Shown one piece after another: positions 25,676-39,751 of a stretch of 64,000 nucleotides of DNA; within the stretch, counting starts at the first letter, position 1; each line of letters begins with the position of its first letter. Below the pieces are notes generated by a model. It was not told the origin of the DNA, did not search any database, and was given only the letters and a program-made list of their open reading frames with translations. The position numbers and the translations under genes are program-made. This DNA is from Chrysomallon squamiferum (lineage: Eukaryota > Animalia > Mollusca), in NCBI GenBank assembly GCA_012295275.1, contig CM022674.1, positions 9,672,001 to 9,736,000 on the forward strand, written 5' to 3'.

Positions 25676-28600
25676 AATTCCCGTGTAAGTCATTCATTGT
25701 AATCACTATGTCAGGACGGTCTGCTTTGTGTATGTTATCTGATGTTAGGAATGTTTCTAACACGTTTTATTAACTCACCAGCTTTCTGCCAATTCAGTCA
25801 TCAAATTTACTGTCTCAAATGGATTAATGACGCGTCGTGGAACGGCTGTGCTAAAGTGAATAGCTTTCGACAAGAGCAGAATGATATCAATACAGATTAA
25901 TAGAAACATTTCTACACCTGGTAGCTCTACAAGATTACTTGTACCCGCAAATTGACGTATTGTGCATTATGTGTGTATAAATCAGCTGTTTGCCTTCTAC
26001 AAATCGTATTTTATCGGGTTTCATCGTACAAATCGATGGTTTTCGAATGAGTTCTGCTTCCTATATAGATTGTAATTTCTTGCTAATAATTGTAGTTTAT
26101 ATACATAAATCAGCTGTTTCCTTGAAATACAGTTGTCCTCCATTCATTTATATACCTTACTTCAGTAAGATATGTAAATGGACGGAAGACAACTGAAGTA
26201 TTACAGTTTAAAAATTCAACTACATAACTATTAAAAAAAAGTATATGTATTCCAAAAGGAATAAAAGCTGATTACTTTTATCGTACAAAGGTGGGATTAA
26301 TTTTGAATTTGAAAATGTAATTTATAATATATCACAGTACACAATTATTTGATTCGCCTTTAACTTCTAACTAAATATTTCAGTTTTAACACCGTACCGA
26401 TAATTCATAATCATTTTAAACCAGAAACAAATAAATAAAAACCCAGCAAATATTTATCACATGATGCTTTAATATTGTTTTAAAAGTATGTTTGAAATTT
26501 CTATTTTCTATTTTGTGAAATTTCTTCTAATGAACCTGTCAAACTAGAACTAATTGTATCGAATGTTGCTATTGCTATTATTTAAAGAGAAACCTTTACT
26601 ACTACGTGGACAACTAATCATGTTACACTACAGAGCTATTTGAAAGTATTTTGTAAGACAAAACCACCAAAGGAGAATGTTTGGTAGTAAAACCAGCACG
26701 AGATGTTTGCGTGAAACTTTTACATAGGGATGATGGTTTCATGGTTACCCTGCTCTGGGTCGAACATTAAACAAGACTGAATAAAAAGTCAGTGAATTGC
26801 TCTTGTTAAATTCGTCTCCCTCCTCGTCCACACACCTGTACAGTGTCATAAAACCTCGTTGATAATATGTTTCCCCAGAGGGTGCTCTTTAATTATACAA
26901 TACACTTCTGCGCTCAGCGAAAATGTTGTTATACATATATTATTCTTAACAATCTAACATTTGTATGTGTGTGACGTGTGAAGCGCTTAGTTCTCTGCAT
27001 CTTTTCTCGTGATGCCTTATGTATGGAAATTTCCATTAATAATCTCATGTGTTTACAATTAATATGATATGTGACGCGATGTAAGTCTTTTCGACTCATT
27101 CAAAGCAAGAAATTAGGCTTAACGTCTTTGCAACAAGATTCTGACTTTGGCATTCACTTGGAATTGAAAAGTCATTGTACGTGTATTATGAACCATGAAA
27201 CAAACCTACCCGATTGGACAATGAATCGACGGGATATCTCGCAAAATCCTTAAAAATCTCGCGCAGCACGAGACATTAAATTTCTCATAATAAATTTGTC
27301 TTTTTTCTCGTGTATCGAACCGTGGCGGTAACGTGAAAAACGCTAACGACACTGGCAAGCAAGTGAGACTAATGCAGAATTTTCCGATCTGATCCCTCAG
27401 TGAGAAGATGTATCGTCCGCTGCCTGCTCGCCAGGGGTCGCCTTTGATGCCTATCTCCCGTCGTTTTCTGACACTTTGAATCGAAACCGACGACTGCGAA
27501 CTTTGAGGCTAGTTTCAAATGTATATGACACAAACACGGCAGGGGTTTGGCTATAAAACATGCTTCAATATATACTGCCGTGAAACGACTTGAATGAGTC
27601 CGCATCCAAATTTATTTCAATTGAGAAATCTGCCCTTTTGGTTTGACCCGTAATGAATAAATTATTGACGAGACCTTTGACTGAGCAGCCTGTGATTTCT
27701 GTTTCAATTCCCCTCAAAATTAAATTAATTTAAGATGGTTCTCGTGAATACAAGTTTGCCAATTACATCTCTACCGAAACCAACAGTGTCGCCAAGCGGA
27801 ATAGCGAGAGCCGTGATAACTTAATGAAATGAGCAACAGCGCGGCTCGTGACAGAAAGGGTAAAGCATTAAAATACCGTAAGCCGGTTTGGTGCTTTCAG
27901 AAAATGTCAAAAGAAATAGAAAGCTCATAAAACGACTGATTAGGAGAAGGCGAATGAAATGTGGAGAAAAAAGTATGAAATTAAATTGAAAATATCAGAC
28001 CTGTAATCCTAATGCAGTTTATTTTTAAAGTAACCGGATAAGTCGTAATCTGGCGTCCTCACATATCTCCTGACAAAACACTCTTTTAGACGTCTCAGTA
28101 GATGTCGCTCGCTGAAACTAGTTCTGACATTTTTCTTTCTTATACCTTTCTTACCTGACTTTTTTTCTTTCTGACTTTCTACGTCAAAAATGCAAGTTCT
28201 AGTTGGTCATCAGGTTTTTTTAGATTACGTTATAATACTCGTACCCTGTCAATCACTTTAATGTTGACGTTATGTCACACAGCAAAAAACACATCCTAAA
28301 TACATTAGTTAATTCAGTTATACTTTCGGCCAGTCTTTGCTAATAACAACCTTAAAAGAATGGATACGTTTATGATGTAATTCTATACAAAAAAATAAAT
28401 TAAAAAATAAATTAAAAAAATAAATTAATTAAAAAATAAATAAATAAGGAAAAAACACATTAAAAACCCACCTATATAAACAAGATAAATTTTGAAGTAT
28501 ATAATATTTGATTATTTATAACATACATGTACTTATTGCTATATACAGTTAAATCTTAAATCTTACGCACAGAAGTTATTATATTTGATCAATACGGTTC

Positions 28601-28833
28601 CTGCAGATTCCTGTAGATGTAAGCGCTCTCTAGTCCTTAGCTTCTTTACTATAACTATCGACTTACATTAACTTAGAATGTTTATACTAAAGAAATGCAA
28701 GTATCTTAGTGATGAAGTTCCTAACATATTTGTTTCGATTTTGAATTTGCACAATATATTTATTATATATTATTAAATTTTTACCGAAGCATAGGATTGG
28801 CGTAACATTATTAAAACTATTCAGATGATGATG

Positions 28834-28869
<36 letters not shown>

Positions 28870-28895
28870 TAAAGTAAAAAATAAAAATGAGCTAA

Positions 28896-29255
<360 letters not shown>

Positions 29256-29444
29256 TAATAATTGTAATAATAGCAAAATATGAACCTAATGTTTTTAATT
29301 TACCAATAAATTGAAATGTTGAAAAACTTACAAATTTACATTTTCCAATTAACTATTCAAACTGACAATAAACATCTGAAAGAGGCAAAAAGTACAATAT
29401 ATTCTCACTGCTAAATGAAATGTATTATTATTGTTATTTTCCAG

Positions 29445-29572
29445 AACCTTTCTGGCACAGGTCGGCGCTGACTCCATCTTTACATCAAGCTTTTTCGCAC
29501 CCACCAGCTTTCAAACCAGAAACATCATACAGCAGTCTGATGGACAGCTACTTATCACATTCTGCTGCTCAA
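29445..29572 (+). CDS. Pax3/7: Pax3/7 coding exon 4
   Basis: ttttccag|, EPFWHRSALTPSLHQAFSHPPAFKPETSYSSLMDSYLSHSAAQ|gtacgt; phases 1-0 consistent. Confidence 0.85.
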
Positions 29573-29806
29573 GTACGTCCCTATATCTTTTTCGTTTATC
29601 TTTTTTAAATCTTTAAGTTTTGTACTATTCCAAGAAAGCCCGCCCGGCGTGAGAATCGTTCCAATAGGAGAAACAAAGTACTGACAATATATATATATAT
29701 ATATATATAATGAAAATGATAAATTTATCGGGTAATGGATTCTTAAGCATTATGAAATGTTCGTAATTAAACTTCTAGTCTTCATTTCTGTTTATTATTC
29801 TTTAAG

Positions 29807-29975
29807 GTTCCATCATACTCGAACCTGTCGTCCAGTCAAAACTACAGTACGGCGTGGTCCACTCCTACCATCAGCTCCTCCATACCGAGCCTCAGCTCCT
29901 ACCATCACAACAATTCAGCCTATTCCTATGACGTCACAAAATCCGGTCTCGGCCATTCCTCTTTCATTTCTCCAG
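29807..29975 (+). CDS. Pax3/7: Pax3/7 coding exon 5 (Ser/Thr/Tyr-rich transactivation region)
   Basis: tctttaag|VPSYSNLSSSQNYSTAWSTPTISSSIPSLSSYHHNNSAYSYDVTKSGLGHSSFISP(G)|gtctgt; phases 0-1. The frame differs from the listed ORF. Confidence 0.85.
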
Positions 29976-31137
29976 GTCTGTATAATTTATTTGTTATAAT
30001 TAATGTTTATAACTTGACGAATCGCCATTATTCAGTTATTTATTTATTTGCTTGTTTATTTCAAGTGTTATCGTACTATTGGGTGAATCGTTTTTAAACT
30101 TTGAAAAGAAAAACATTCTGTCGAGATTGTATTTAACACTGAATAATGTAAATCTAGTGGACATTAAAAAAGTAAAAGCTAATAACTATTGTAAATTTAC
30201 AAAGACAATCACCTACTGAATTTCACCAAGAAAATTTTATAACTATTCTATTATTATTTATTTATTTGTTTGTTTATTTTTATTGGGGCTAGATAATGGA
30301 TTATCTACTGTCTATCCTAAATAAATCCTGACTGTAACAATTTCTGTTTAAGTAACGAGTCTAAATACTACTTACACTGAGTCGAATTTGTAATGGATAA
30401 AGCTACAGTAGTATGTTCCAGTTTACTAAGATCACCCTAACCACACCGCTAGTTTGCCAGCATGCATCACTCCGGTAAAGCAATATATGTTTATAGTAAA
30501 GAATTATTACGTTTTTGTATTTTGGTAAGATACTTAGTACATATGTTGTTTATCAGATCTGAGTAAAATATACATGTATAACTATAGAACTGTGTGTTTT
30601 TCTTAAACGGCGGTAAATACTATGACTTAGGATTGGTCCATGACTGGAACTATGACGTCGACGATGATCTCGACAGCGGCCGTCTAACATCTTTGGTTAA
30701 ACAACTTTCACGAGTTTGCTAGTTTATGTTAATTTAAAAACGAAAAACATTTGATTACATAAAACCACATTACGTCATATGAAAGAATAATGTTACACGA
30801 AAGCGCGTTTCAATATATTTTCAAGGTATTCACGGGTTGAAGCTGGAACGATATATATTCATCCTCACTCCCAATGGAAAAAACGAAAATGGTGCATACC
30901 GTGCTACCTTACAATGATCTCAAATTGATTTTGATAGTTTTATTTCATAGCTTTTGTTTACTATAATAAAATTCGAAATTATATATATATCTGTACAATT
31001 AACATTCTAAACATATTCTAATATATTACTTATTTTTATTATTAGTCTAATTTCTTAGTCGTTATAATAATAAAGAAAATTAAGAAGTAGAAAAATTACC
31101 ATTATCTGCACTCGCATTTTGGCTTTCTTATTTCTTA

Positions 31138-31183
<46 letters not shown>

Positions 31184-31199
31184 TTGGTTTGTTTTAAAG

Positions 31200-31333
31200 G
31201 TCAGATGACAACAGAAAAAAGTACTACAGACGATACTCTCGCAACATTAAGAATGAAGTCACGTGAACATTCCGCCATGTTGGGACTGATGCAGGAAATT
31301 TCTCGGACAAATGGGCCTTTTCAAGCTGTATAG
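31200..31333 (+). CDS. Pax3/7: Pax3/7 last coding exon with OAR motif
   Basis: ttttaaag|, GQMTTEKSTTDDTLATLRMKSREHSAMLGLMQEISRTNGPFQAV*. TLATLRMKSREHSA is an OAR/paired-tail motif as in Pax7. Total CDS 1341 nt = 446 aa. Confidence 0.9.
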
Positions 31334-31500
31334 AATTTAGTTTCAGTATAATATTATATAAATATATATATATATATATATTTTTTATGTAAAAATAGAA
31401 ATGGTGCTACCGTAATCTATGCACAGTTATTGTTAGAGAATTTAACTGTGATTAAATATCATCGAACAAATAGTATTGATTTTAGTAAAAATTTTACTTG

Positions 31501-31535
<35 letters not shown>

Positions 31536-32045
31536 ATTACTTTTTATAAGTGTATTTACAAATGTAATAATGTTTCTGTATTTTATTGTGAAATACGCAG
31601 GTCAGTATATGCGCCTAAATTGCAGAGAATTTGTTAAATTCAAGGTTCAGTAATAAAATTATAACAGCAGTATTATAGTAGTATTTGATAGTAGTATTGC
31701 TAACATCATCATCATCATCATATTCAACATAGTATAGAGATGTTGTAGTTAGCCCACCCTTTGGGCTATTTCTCATTCACGATTGTGAGTACCTTCACAA
31801 CACTGATTTCTATACCATTTCCATATAATATTTTTGTACACACTGTTTCTTATAGACATAAATTCGAATTCTGTATTTTTATTACACACCCATTCAATCA
31901 TGCTAAGTAAATATGACTCTGATGCATCTTTCTGAAATCAAATATGTGAAAACAACTACAATTTACAGTGCAATGTCAACAGCCAAACAAACTTAAGATG
32001 GAGTTTAACACTGCTGAAGAAAAAAATATTTTAATTAAAAAAAAA

Positions 32046-32076
<31 letters not shown>

Positions 32077-33087
32077 CTGAATAGTTTAATAATCTTAACC
32101 CAAATACTGTGCTTTGGAAACTGAAAATCAGAACGTAATATATAAGTAACTTCATTACAAACATACATGAATTTTTGCAGTTATTTGGAAGAACAAAAAT
32201 AGCATAATAACTAAATAAATCCTCTGCCCCCCAAAAAAATAAAGAATAAAAAGTGAAATAATAAATAAATAAAATAAAAAGCTCAAAAACAATATTTTAT
32301 AATCAAAACCATAAGGGTTTTTTTCTTTTGGAATCTTATCTTCAGTGATTAAATGGTCAGAGTATGACTGCAAAGTTTTTTTCTAACTGTGAAAAGAAAC
32401 ATACATATTTTTTGCAATCGTTTACTGCCCATTTACTTATGAGCTACACAGTATATAAGTGTGTGTGAGTATGTGTGTGGGTGTGGGTTTGGGTATGACT
32501 AATTACTAAAGTGGTATGGAAACATTTAGAATTTATGAATTGCTGAAGTAAAAACTACTAAATTGTTTGTTATAATCCTTAAAGTTTGCTTTCATTGATT
32601 ACACTTGTTAACCATACATCTATTTAATGTTGCTATACACTGCTGCCAAAACTAACACTTACATTAGATTCAACATTCTTTTGTATTTTTATTTATAAAC
32701 CAAAAGGTAAAACCAAGTAATAGTTTTAAAATACTAACAACATTAATAATCTTCGTATGTTAGCAATATTTTGTATATATAAACAAGTAATAATAGTATT
32801 TGTATATAAACAAATATTAAAATGTTAAACTGATATTTTCCAAACTGTAATATTACATATAATAAAATGGTATTTCTTTTTGTTGCAGTAAAAATGATTG
32901 AAATACAAGATAACGCAGATATTTAATGTATTATCACTTCTGCTGTGCTAGCTTTCATGATAGAAAACAAGTTGTAGAGACAATTTATATATAGTGTGTA
33001 AAGAAAAATTAAAAAAATAAATGTTCCTTTTATAGTTCTTGCTCAAAATAACAGCATATAATGTAATTTAATACTTGTGCTTTTTTC

Positions 33088-33093
33088 AATAAA
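33088..33093 (+). terminator. Candidate Pax3/7 polyadenylation signal
   Basis: AATAAA followed by U/GU-rich sequence. Other AATAAA hexamers (e.g. 31652) are alternatives. Confidence 0.35.
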
Positions 33094-33443
33094 TTATTTT
33101 CTTGTGAATGTTGTATTATTATTTTTTATTTTAATGGGTTTTTTTCATATTAGAATATGTTTAGAATGTTATTTGCACAAAAATGATACATTATTTAATT
33201 TTCTCATTAAGCTTTTATTAAATTTTCGAAATAGTAAAACATAAACCCGTGTTACTTTTGAGTTTAGAAGTAATATACTAAAACCTTCATAATTTAGTTT
33301 ATCATTAACAAAAAGTTTTGATGCCAAGCATGTTTTTAGTTAAAAAAATAAAAATAATAATAATAATAATAAAAATATATGACCATCAAATGAATAAAAA
33401 GAAATAAACAAAAAATAATAAACAATGAATTTATGTTTTGGTG

Positions 33444-33453
33444 TTTATTTATT
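33444..33453 (-). terminator. Candidate CCDC50 polyadenylation signal
   Basis: Overlapping AATAAA hexamers on the - strand, followed by a U/GU-rich downstream element. Confidence 0.4.
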
Positions 33454-34300
33454 AAAAACAAATACATTTTATGTATGTACAAATATTATTATAGATATTT
33501 CATTGTGGTAGAACAAATAAAAATAAATAAGAAAGTAAAAAGCAAGAGAAAATAAAAGTCATGCAGTGTGAATTAATTAATATTTATCAACTGTAATCTG
33601 CAATATAAGGCAAAATTACCTTCAAACTATATTAACTGTGTTACCTTGTTACCAGACAAAACGAGAATTAATAAATACAATCCAGACCCAAAATCAGTAA
33701 AACAAGTAAAACAAGATATACAGAAATCTTGCTACAAATTACAATAAATTATGTAGCATACAGATCCAGGATGAAGCGAATCAGTCTTATTTTATTTATA
33801 TATATAGAGAGAGAGAGAGAATTTTAATAATCTTAACCCAAATACTAGGCTTTGGAAAGTTTTAAATAATATAAATATATTGTGCTAACTGAAAATTAGA
33901 ACATAATACGTAAGTAACTAAATTATAAATATATTTATTTATTTATATTATTTTTTTTATTCTTGAGAAATATGTTCATGAGGATGGGTCAGCCCAGGTA
34001 ATATAATACACTAACCAACTAATTGAGAATTAATCTTCTTTTTTCACTTGTTTCACTTCTAAATGATACCTTTAAAATATATAAACAAACATACAAAATA
34101 AATAAAATGTCTTTTGGCCTGACTTACACACTATCTTTCTTAGTGAAGCTATATGTCATTTCACAATAAAACCAGTTTATCAAAAACATTAAATGTTCCT
34201 TCATGGAAGATCTCTTGTCATACCAGTTAATCATTTACATGAAAATGTTAATTTATTTCAGGGTAATTTAACTCTTAATTTCATTTTCATAATGTTCTTT

Positions 34301-34350
34301 TTTTCAAATTATTTGGATAAATAGACTTATTTATCCAAATAATTTGAAAA
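34301..34350. repeat. Perfect 23-bp hairpin, 4-nt loop
   Basis: ttttcaaattatttggataaata-gact-tatttatccaaataatttgaaaa. Confidence 0.9.
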
Positions 34351-37300
34351 CAAAATTGTTTAATTATTTTTACTGTTTTAACCTTTTTCTTAAATACTTT
34401 TAAACATAAAAAATTAAATAATACTTAAAATAAAATGAAGTTTATGTTCTAAAATATGAACAGATAATACATTGCAAACATAAAAAACAAAACAAAAAAC
34501 CCTTCAAATTATTTGCACAGCTACAAATAAACATAGCACTAAACAGAAAATTCTTTTATTGGGGGGGGGACAAGCAATATAAAAAAAGAAAAAAGGAAAA
34601 GAAAACAAAAAAAAAGATCAATAAATTACAAAATAAACATGTTTACCATGTAAAATATGTCCTGATTAATATACTATGTCAGTCAATGCTCAACATTCAT
34701 TTAGTTTTTTCAATTTCTGTTTGTTATGTCTAACATAACAAACTTGCACAAATAATAAAAGTACATAAACAACAAATGACAAAATTCATTACAACTTGTA
34801 CAAATTACATTAGATATTTTGGGAAACTGAGTAACTGTACAATGACTATGTATTTAAAGTTTTCATTTATCCAGATATAAATACATGTAAATAATAATAA
34901 AACCCTGCATTAGTCTAAAAAGATGATAAAGAATGTTAACTTTACATAAAATATCCCAGACTGATCATTTATCATATTCTCAGTCTATACAGAATTATTT
35001 TTACATCAAAGGTTAAAAATTTTAAACATAAAAAAATAAAAAAGGCATTTATGTGGATGTGTGTGTGTCTTCAGTCTTCTGTGTCCTGTTTATATATTTT
35101 GTTAATACACGTCTGAGTAGAAGGCTGCACATCCTTAGTTTAACATTTCATAATCAATAATATTGCACAAAATGTAACATTTAAATATCATTGTTTAAAA
35201 TCATGTTAATTTAGCTTCAGATATATTTGGTATCAAATACTTAAATGAATTTGTATATTTTTATTTTTTGATATATGTTTCAGTTTTGATGCAAATATAT
35301 TTAAAACAGAAAATAAGAAACAAAATGTAAACACAATAAAGGCAAAAATTATAATTAAAAACAAACTTTCAGTAACATTTTAAAATCATAATATGTGTTT
35401 TCAAAAGCAGTATTTTTAATCATACAAAATACTAGTTTGCTATATTATAAAAATAAAAATTACGTAAAGTAATCTAAATCTACATAATGACTATCAAAGT
35501 GGTTTGAAATATTTGCTACATAGTTTGTAATGTGAACAGTCAAGTTATAAATATTAGAGAATATCAAATAATTTCACATCAGATCAGTGTGCTGTGAATA
35601 CAAACGTGAAGTTTCCACAGTATTTCACTATTTCATAAAATTATGTTGAATAGACTTTAATTTTATTGGTCCAAATAATAATAACACTATATAAAAATAA
35701 AATAAATTAAACAACAAATATTTTAAAAAGATGAAGGAAGAAAAAGAAACGACAATCACTTCAGTAATAAAAACATTTTAGTCTGAAAGAAGCCATTTGT
35801 GTGAATTCTCCTTCTTATATTTATGTACATGTTGAAATCATCCCAATTTTCTCCATCTTAATGTGACATACATCTCTGAAATGATACTTAACATGCTGGT
35901 AGTGTATATATATTTTAAAAAGTAACAGACTTTATTTAAACTACTGCAGACTGGATAGTACTAAATTAAATTCATCCTGAATGCAGATGCTTGGGAAATT
36001 TAACTAAAATGATGTTGTGCCCAAAACCTTTTTCAGAATGTTATCTCATTTATATAACAACAATATTAAATTCTTAAAACAAAATAACAAAAAGTTTAAA
36101 TTATATTTTTTCACTTGTAAGCCAGACAATTATGTAATATGGTATCAAACTAATTTAAACATATATACAAAAATTCTTATATAATTAATGTGTTGTAAAG
36201 AAAACTGTCATAGTGATATATACATGAATAAATACAATAAAACAGATATATTTATATTTATAAATATAAATTTACAAAAAAAAAAGGACCCTTAACCTTG
36301 CATAGTTAGTGCCATAATAAATGCACTGTGAGACAGTTATTAAACCACACACCTTTAACAATTTTCCATTTTATAAATGAATAGGTGTAGATGTGTTCTT
36401 TATTATTTTATTTATGGTTTCTTTTTGCCAGTAAAACTATTCTAAACTGTTAGAAAATAATATATATATGCTGATCAGAAATATTTCCACAATATATCCT
36501 CTTCATTACAGCAATTATAAAGGAAAATTTTGTCGTTTATATATAAACAAGTAAATGTCTGCAAATTTAATACAAGTCTCAACACGTCAAATTTATTTCT
36601 AAATGCAAAATAGTTTAAAAAGTAATACATAAATTATTCTGTAGTTCACTGCCAAAAGATTTTTGGGAATCAAAAAGTTATGTTATGATACACTACTGTT
36701 GTATTTGAGGAAATCTGTCAATGGAAAATACACACACTGGAAATATATTCTCACTGTGTTTTAACTAATTATTACATCTAATCAGCCTTGTTTTAACTTG
36801 AAGGTTTATGAAATGAAATTATTAAAATGTTAATCAAAACTAGCTGTTCTAGCTCATATTTATAAAAATATATAATGCTGCTTAGATCTTCAGCATTTTA
36901 ATTTTTCAGTATTTCTGTTAAATTAGTCAAACAAATAAAAAAAGAGACACCTATTTCCTTCTGAGTATTATTATTATGCATACACATGAATTTTTAAGTA
37001 TATTATTATACATAAAAATAATAAAAATATCATTATTCACACAGAAACATAAAAAACATTTAAATATCAATGTCAAATATAGATATGGTTTATAAAATAT
37101 CACTAACATTTGTTCTATCTAAGGCGTTTTGTGGTTTCATGAAGAAGCATAAAAAATATTCCAGTTTTTTTAATCATTAACACTAGAAAAAGCAGCAGCT
37201 TTCTCTGTCAAATATTAAACATATTATTAAATAAATTATCTAACAGCTATAAATAATAAAATGAAGTATTCCTTATGACATTAGTAATTCCTTTACAAAA

Positions 37301-39751
37301 ACATTATTAGCAAATTTTAAGTAAACATGGAAAAGATAAACTAGTCTAAAGCATCATTTTTACAAGAGACAGTCTAGTGAATGATAAATGTGTGTCTTGA
37401 TCACTAATGAAATTCAACACATTTCAGTGTGAGAGACGAGACATATCACAGATTTTATTATGTAAATTATAACTATTAAATGTTTTTGTGTTGCCAAGGA
37501 TGGCAACATTTTAAGTTGGGAAGTGTGTAGAATAGAGAAATAATAACTCATACTTTCCTATTCTATAAATGTCAGTATTTAATAATTTTTAAAGTAATCA
37601 GAGAGGAATACGTACTACTAGTAAGATAGGTTAAGATGACTGCCTCCTGTAAGGAGCTTTCATTAGCACTGGGAACTGTATGGTCATGTGACATGGCACT
37701 GCAGGACCTTAAACAATTGTTAGTGAATGTATGCATTTTAATATTTGGTTAATAGTGGTTTCTCATATGTGCTACAGATCAGCTAAGATCAGGGTTTAAT
37801 ATAGGCTTATTGCTTTCATTTTAATGTCTTCAAGAAAGAATAAGTAAGATATTATATATTAAAGATGTATTGTATTTTACTTATGGACTGATTTATTTTG
37901 AATATACATGCGCACAATTTATTAAATATCCAGGCATAACTTTAAGTAACAGTGGTTACAATTTATAATAATTAACAGCATCTGTATCTGTCTTCATATG
38001 GAAATATATTTAAAAATAAACATGACTGATACACAAAAGTATTTTCTTAGTAAACACAGCTGATACATATTCATTATTTCTGTTTAAGTGACAACACTAG
38101 TCATGTGGGGTAAGTGCTGGTGACATCGCTACTTACATTATAGCAAATGTTATATATTTAAATGTAATTGTTAATTTACATGTGCTATTTTTTGTGTCTT
38201 TATGATAACAGTTATTCTTTTCTTAAAATATAAATGTCTCAGTGATATTACGTACATAAACCTATATATAACCAAAATTTAACCAAAATATAAATAATAC
38301 TTCCAAGAAGTTCATCTCTGTATGTATTTAAAAAGCTTATGGATCAATTTTTTTTTTTTTTTTATATATATGTATAAAGGATTTTTGCTGAGACTTTTAT
38401 AAAATGTAGCTGATTTACATAAGTGGCAGACATAATTAAAGGCAAATGTATGGTATTGGTATTAGTATGCCATGTGTCCAAGTGCCAGAAATACATAAAC
38501 ATGAAATCACACCTATTAATCTGGTGTGGGCTAGGTGTTAATGCGTTTCTATAAAAGACAACGGAACCCCTATTATTATTATATAAACAATGGGCCTAAA
38601 TTCCCTACTGAAACTAACTGATTTTGATCAAATATTACTTTAAACAAATTGGATTGGGTGAAACTGATATCAATCAGGATTGAATCAACTTCAAAAATTT
38701 CTTAAGTGATTTAATGAACACCTATTTTATATTGATAGATTATTTCATTAGTATCAAACTGAGTGGGTCTGTATTAATGGCATTACACATGTCATATTAT
38801 ATTAGTTCTACTTGATCATATAAATATGATATTATGTAACAACATGGATGGGGAATGTTAAACTGTAGCAGTTTTATTCATAGATAACTCCTCACAGAAG
38901 CCATGACTAATGAACTTTGACAGTTGATATTAATTTTTGAATGCATGTAATTTGATTGTAATGAACTATATATTAATATTATGTATTTGATAACATTTTT
39001 GTTGAATATATTTGTTTGTAATTATTTTCTTTTTACCTAGACATAGGTTTTTGTATGAGTTTTGTTTATGGTTTGGTTTGATTTGTCCTGAATTTGTCAG
39101 TTTGTCCTCCTTAGACACACAAGAGTTACAATGTTGTATACATTAATATTTCTCTATCAGAGATTACCTGTTATTAAAGCCCTTTGATTTGAAACTACTT
39201 CTTGGTTGTTTGTTCCTTAGACAGTGATTTTATGAGTAACTTATGCTGTGAGTAACTAACTGAGTTACATAGGAATATTATACCACTTATCAAATCACAT
39301 TATCCACCCCTGAACCCCAGTTACACTAGTAAGAAACACTAACAAGGGTAATTAACTGTAAGTGAGAAAACCCCCGAATGTCTACCTTTTCAATACTGTC
39401 TCTGTTTCAAATAGTTCACTTCTCAAATATATATGTTTAACATACAATGTGTAGAAATTAGAAAAACAAAAAAGTTTGACAATTTTTATGGTGTCATTTG
39501 TTACTAAATTCTTATCAAACAAGTTTTAACTGATAAATCAGAATTTTAGTTAAAATGTTATAATTTTTATAATTTGTTATAAAAGACCGTGAATTTATTA
39601 TTTTACCAGTAAAATTCCATTACATTTGACAGGCCAGATAATAACAACACCACTGTAATAGAAGACATGATTTCTAATTCTTATAAAAAGTGTGGTTAAA
39701 AAAAAAAAAAATAGTTTAAAAAAAATGAGTAAAGAAGGATCACATATTGGT

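Noticed and set aside
27225-27239. IDGIS peptide resembling the octapeptide HSIDGILG
   Set aside because: Immediately preceded by an in-frame TGA, no adjacent splice acceptor, partial match only.
29757-29999. 80-aa ORF in the track
   Set aside because: Wrong frame; splice phases select the Ser-rich frame starting at 29807.
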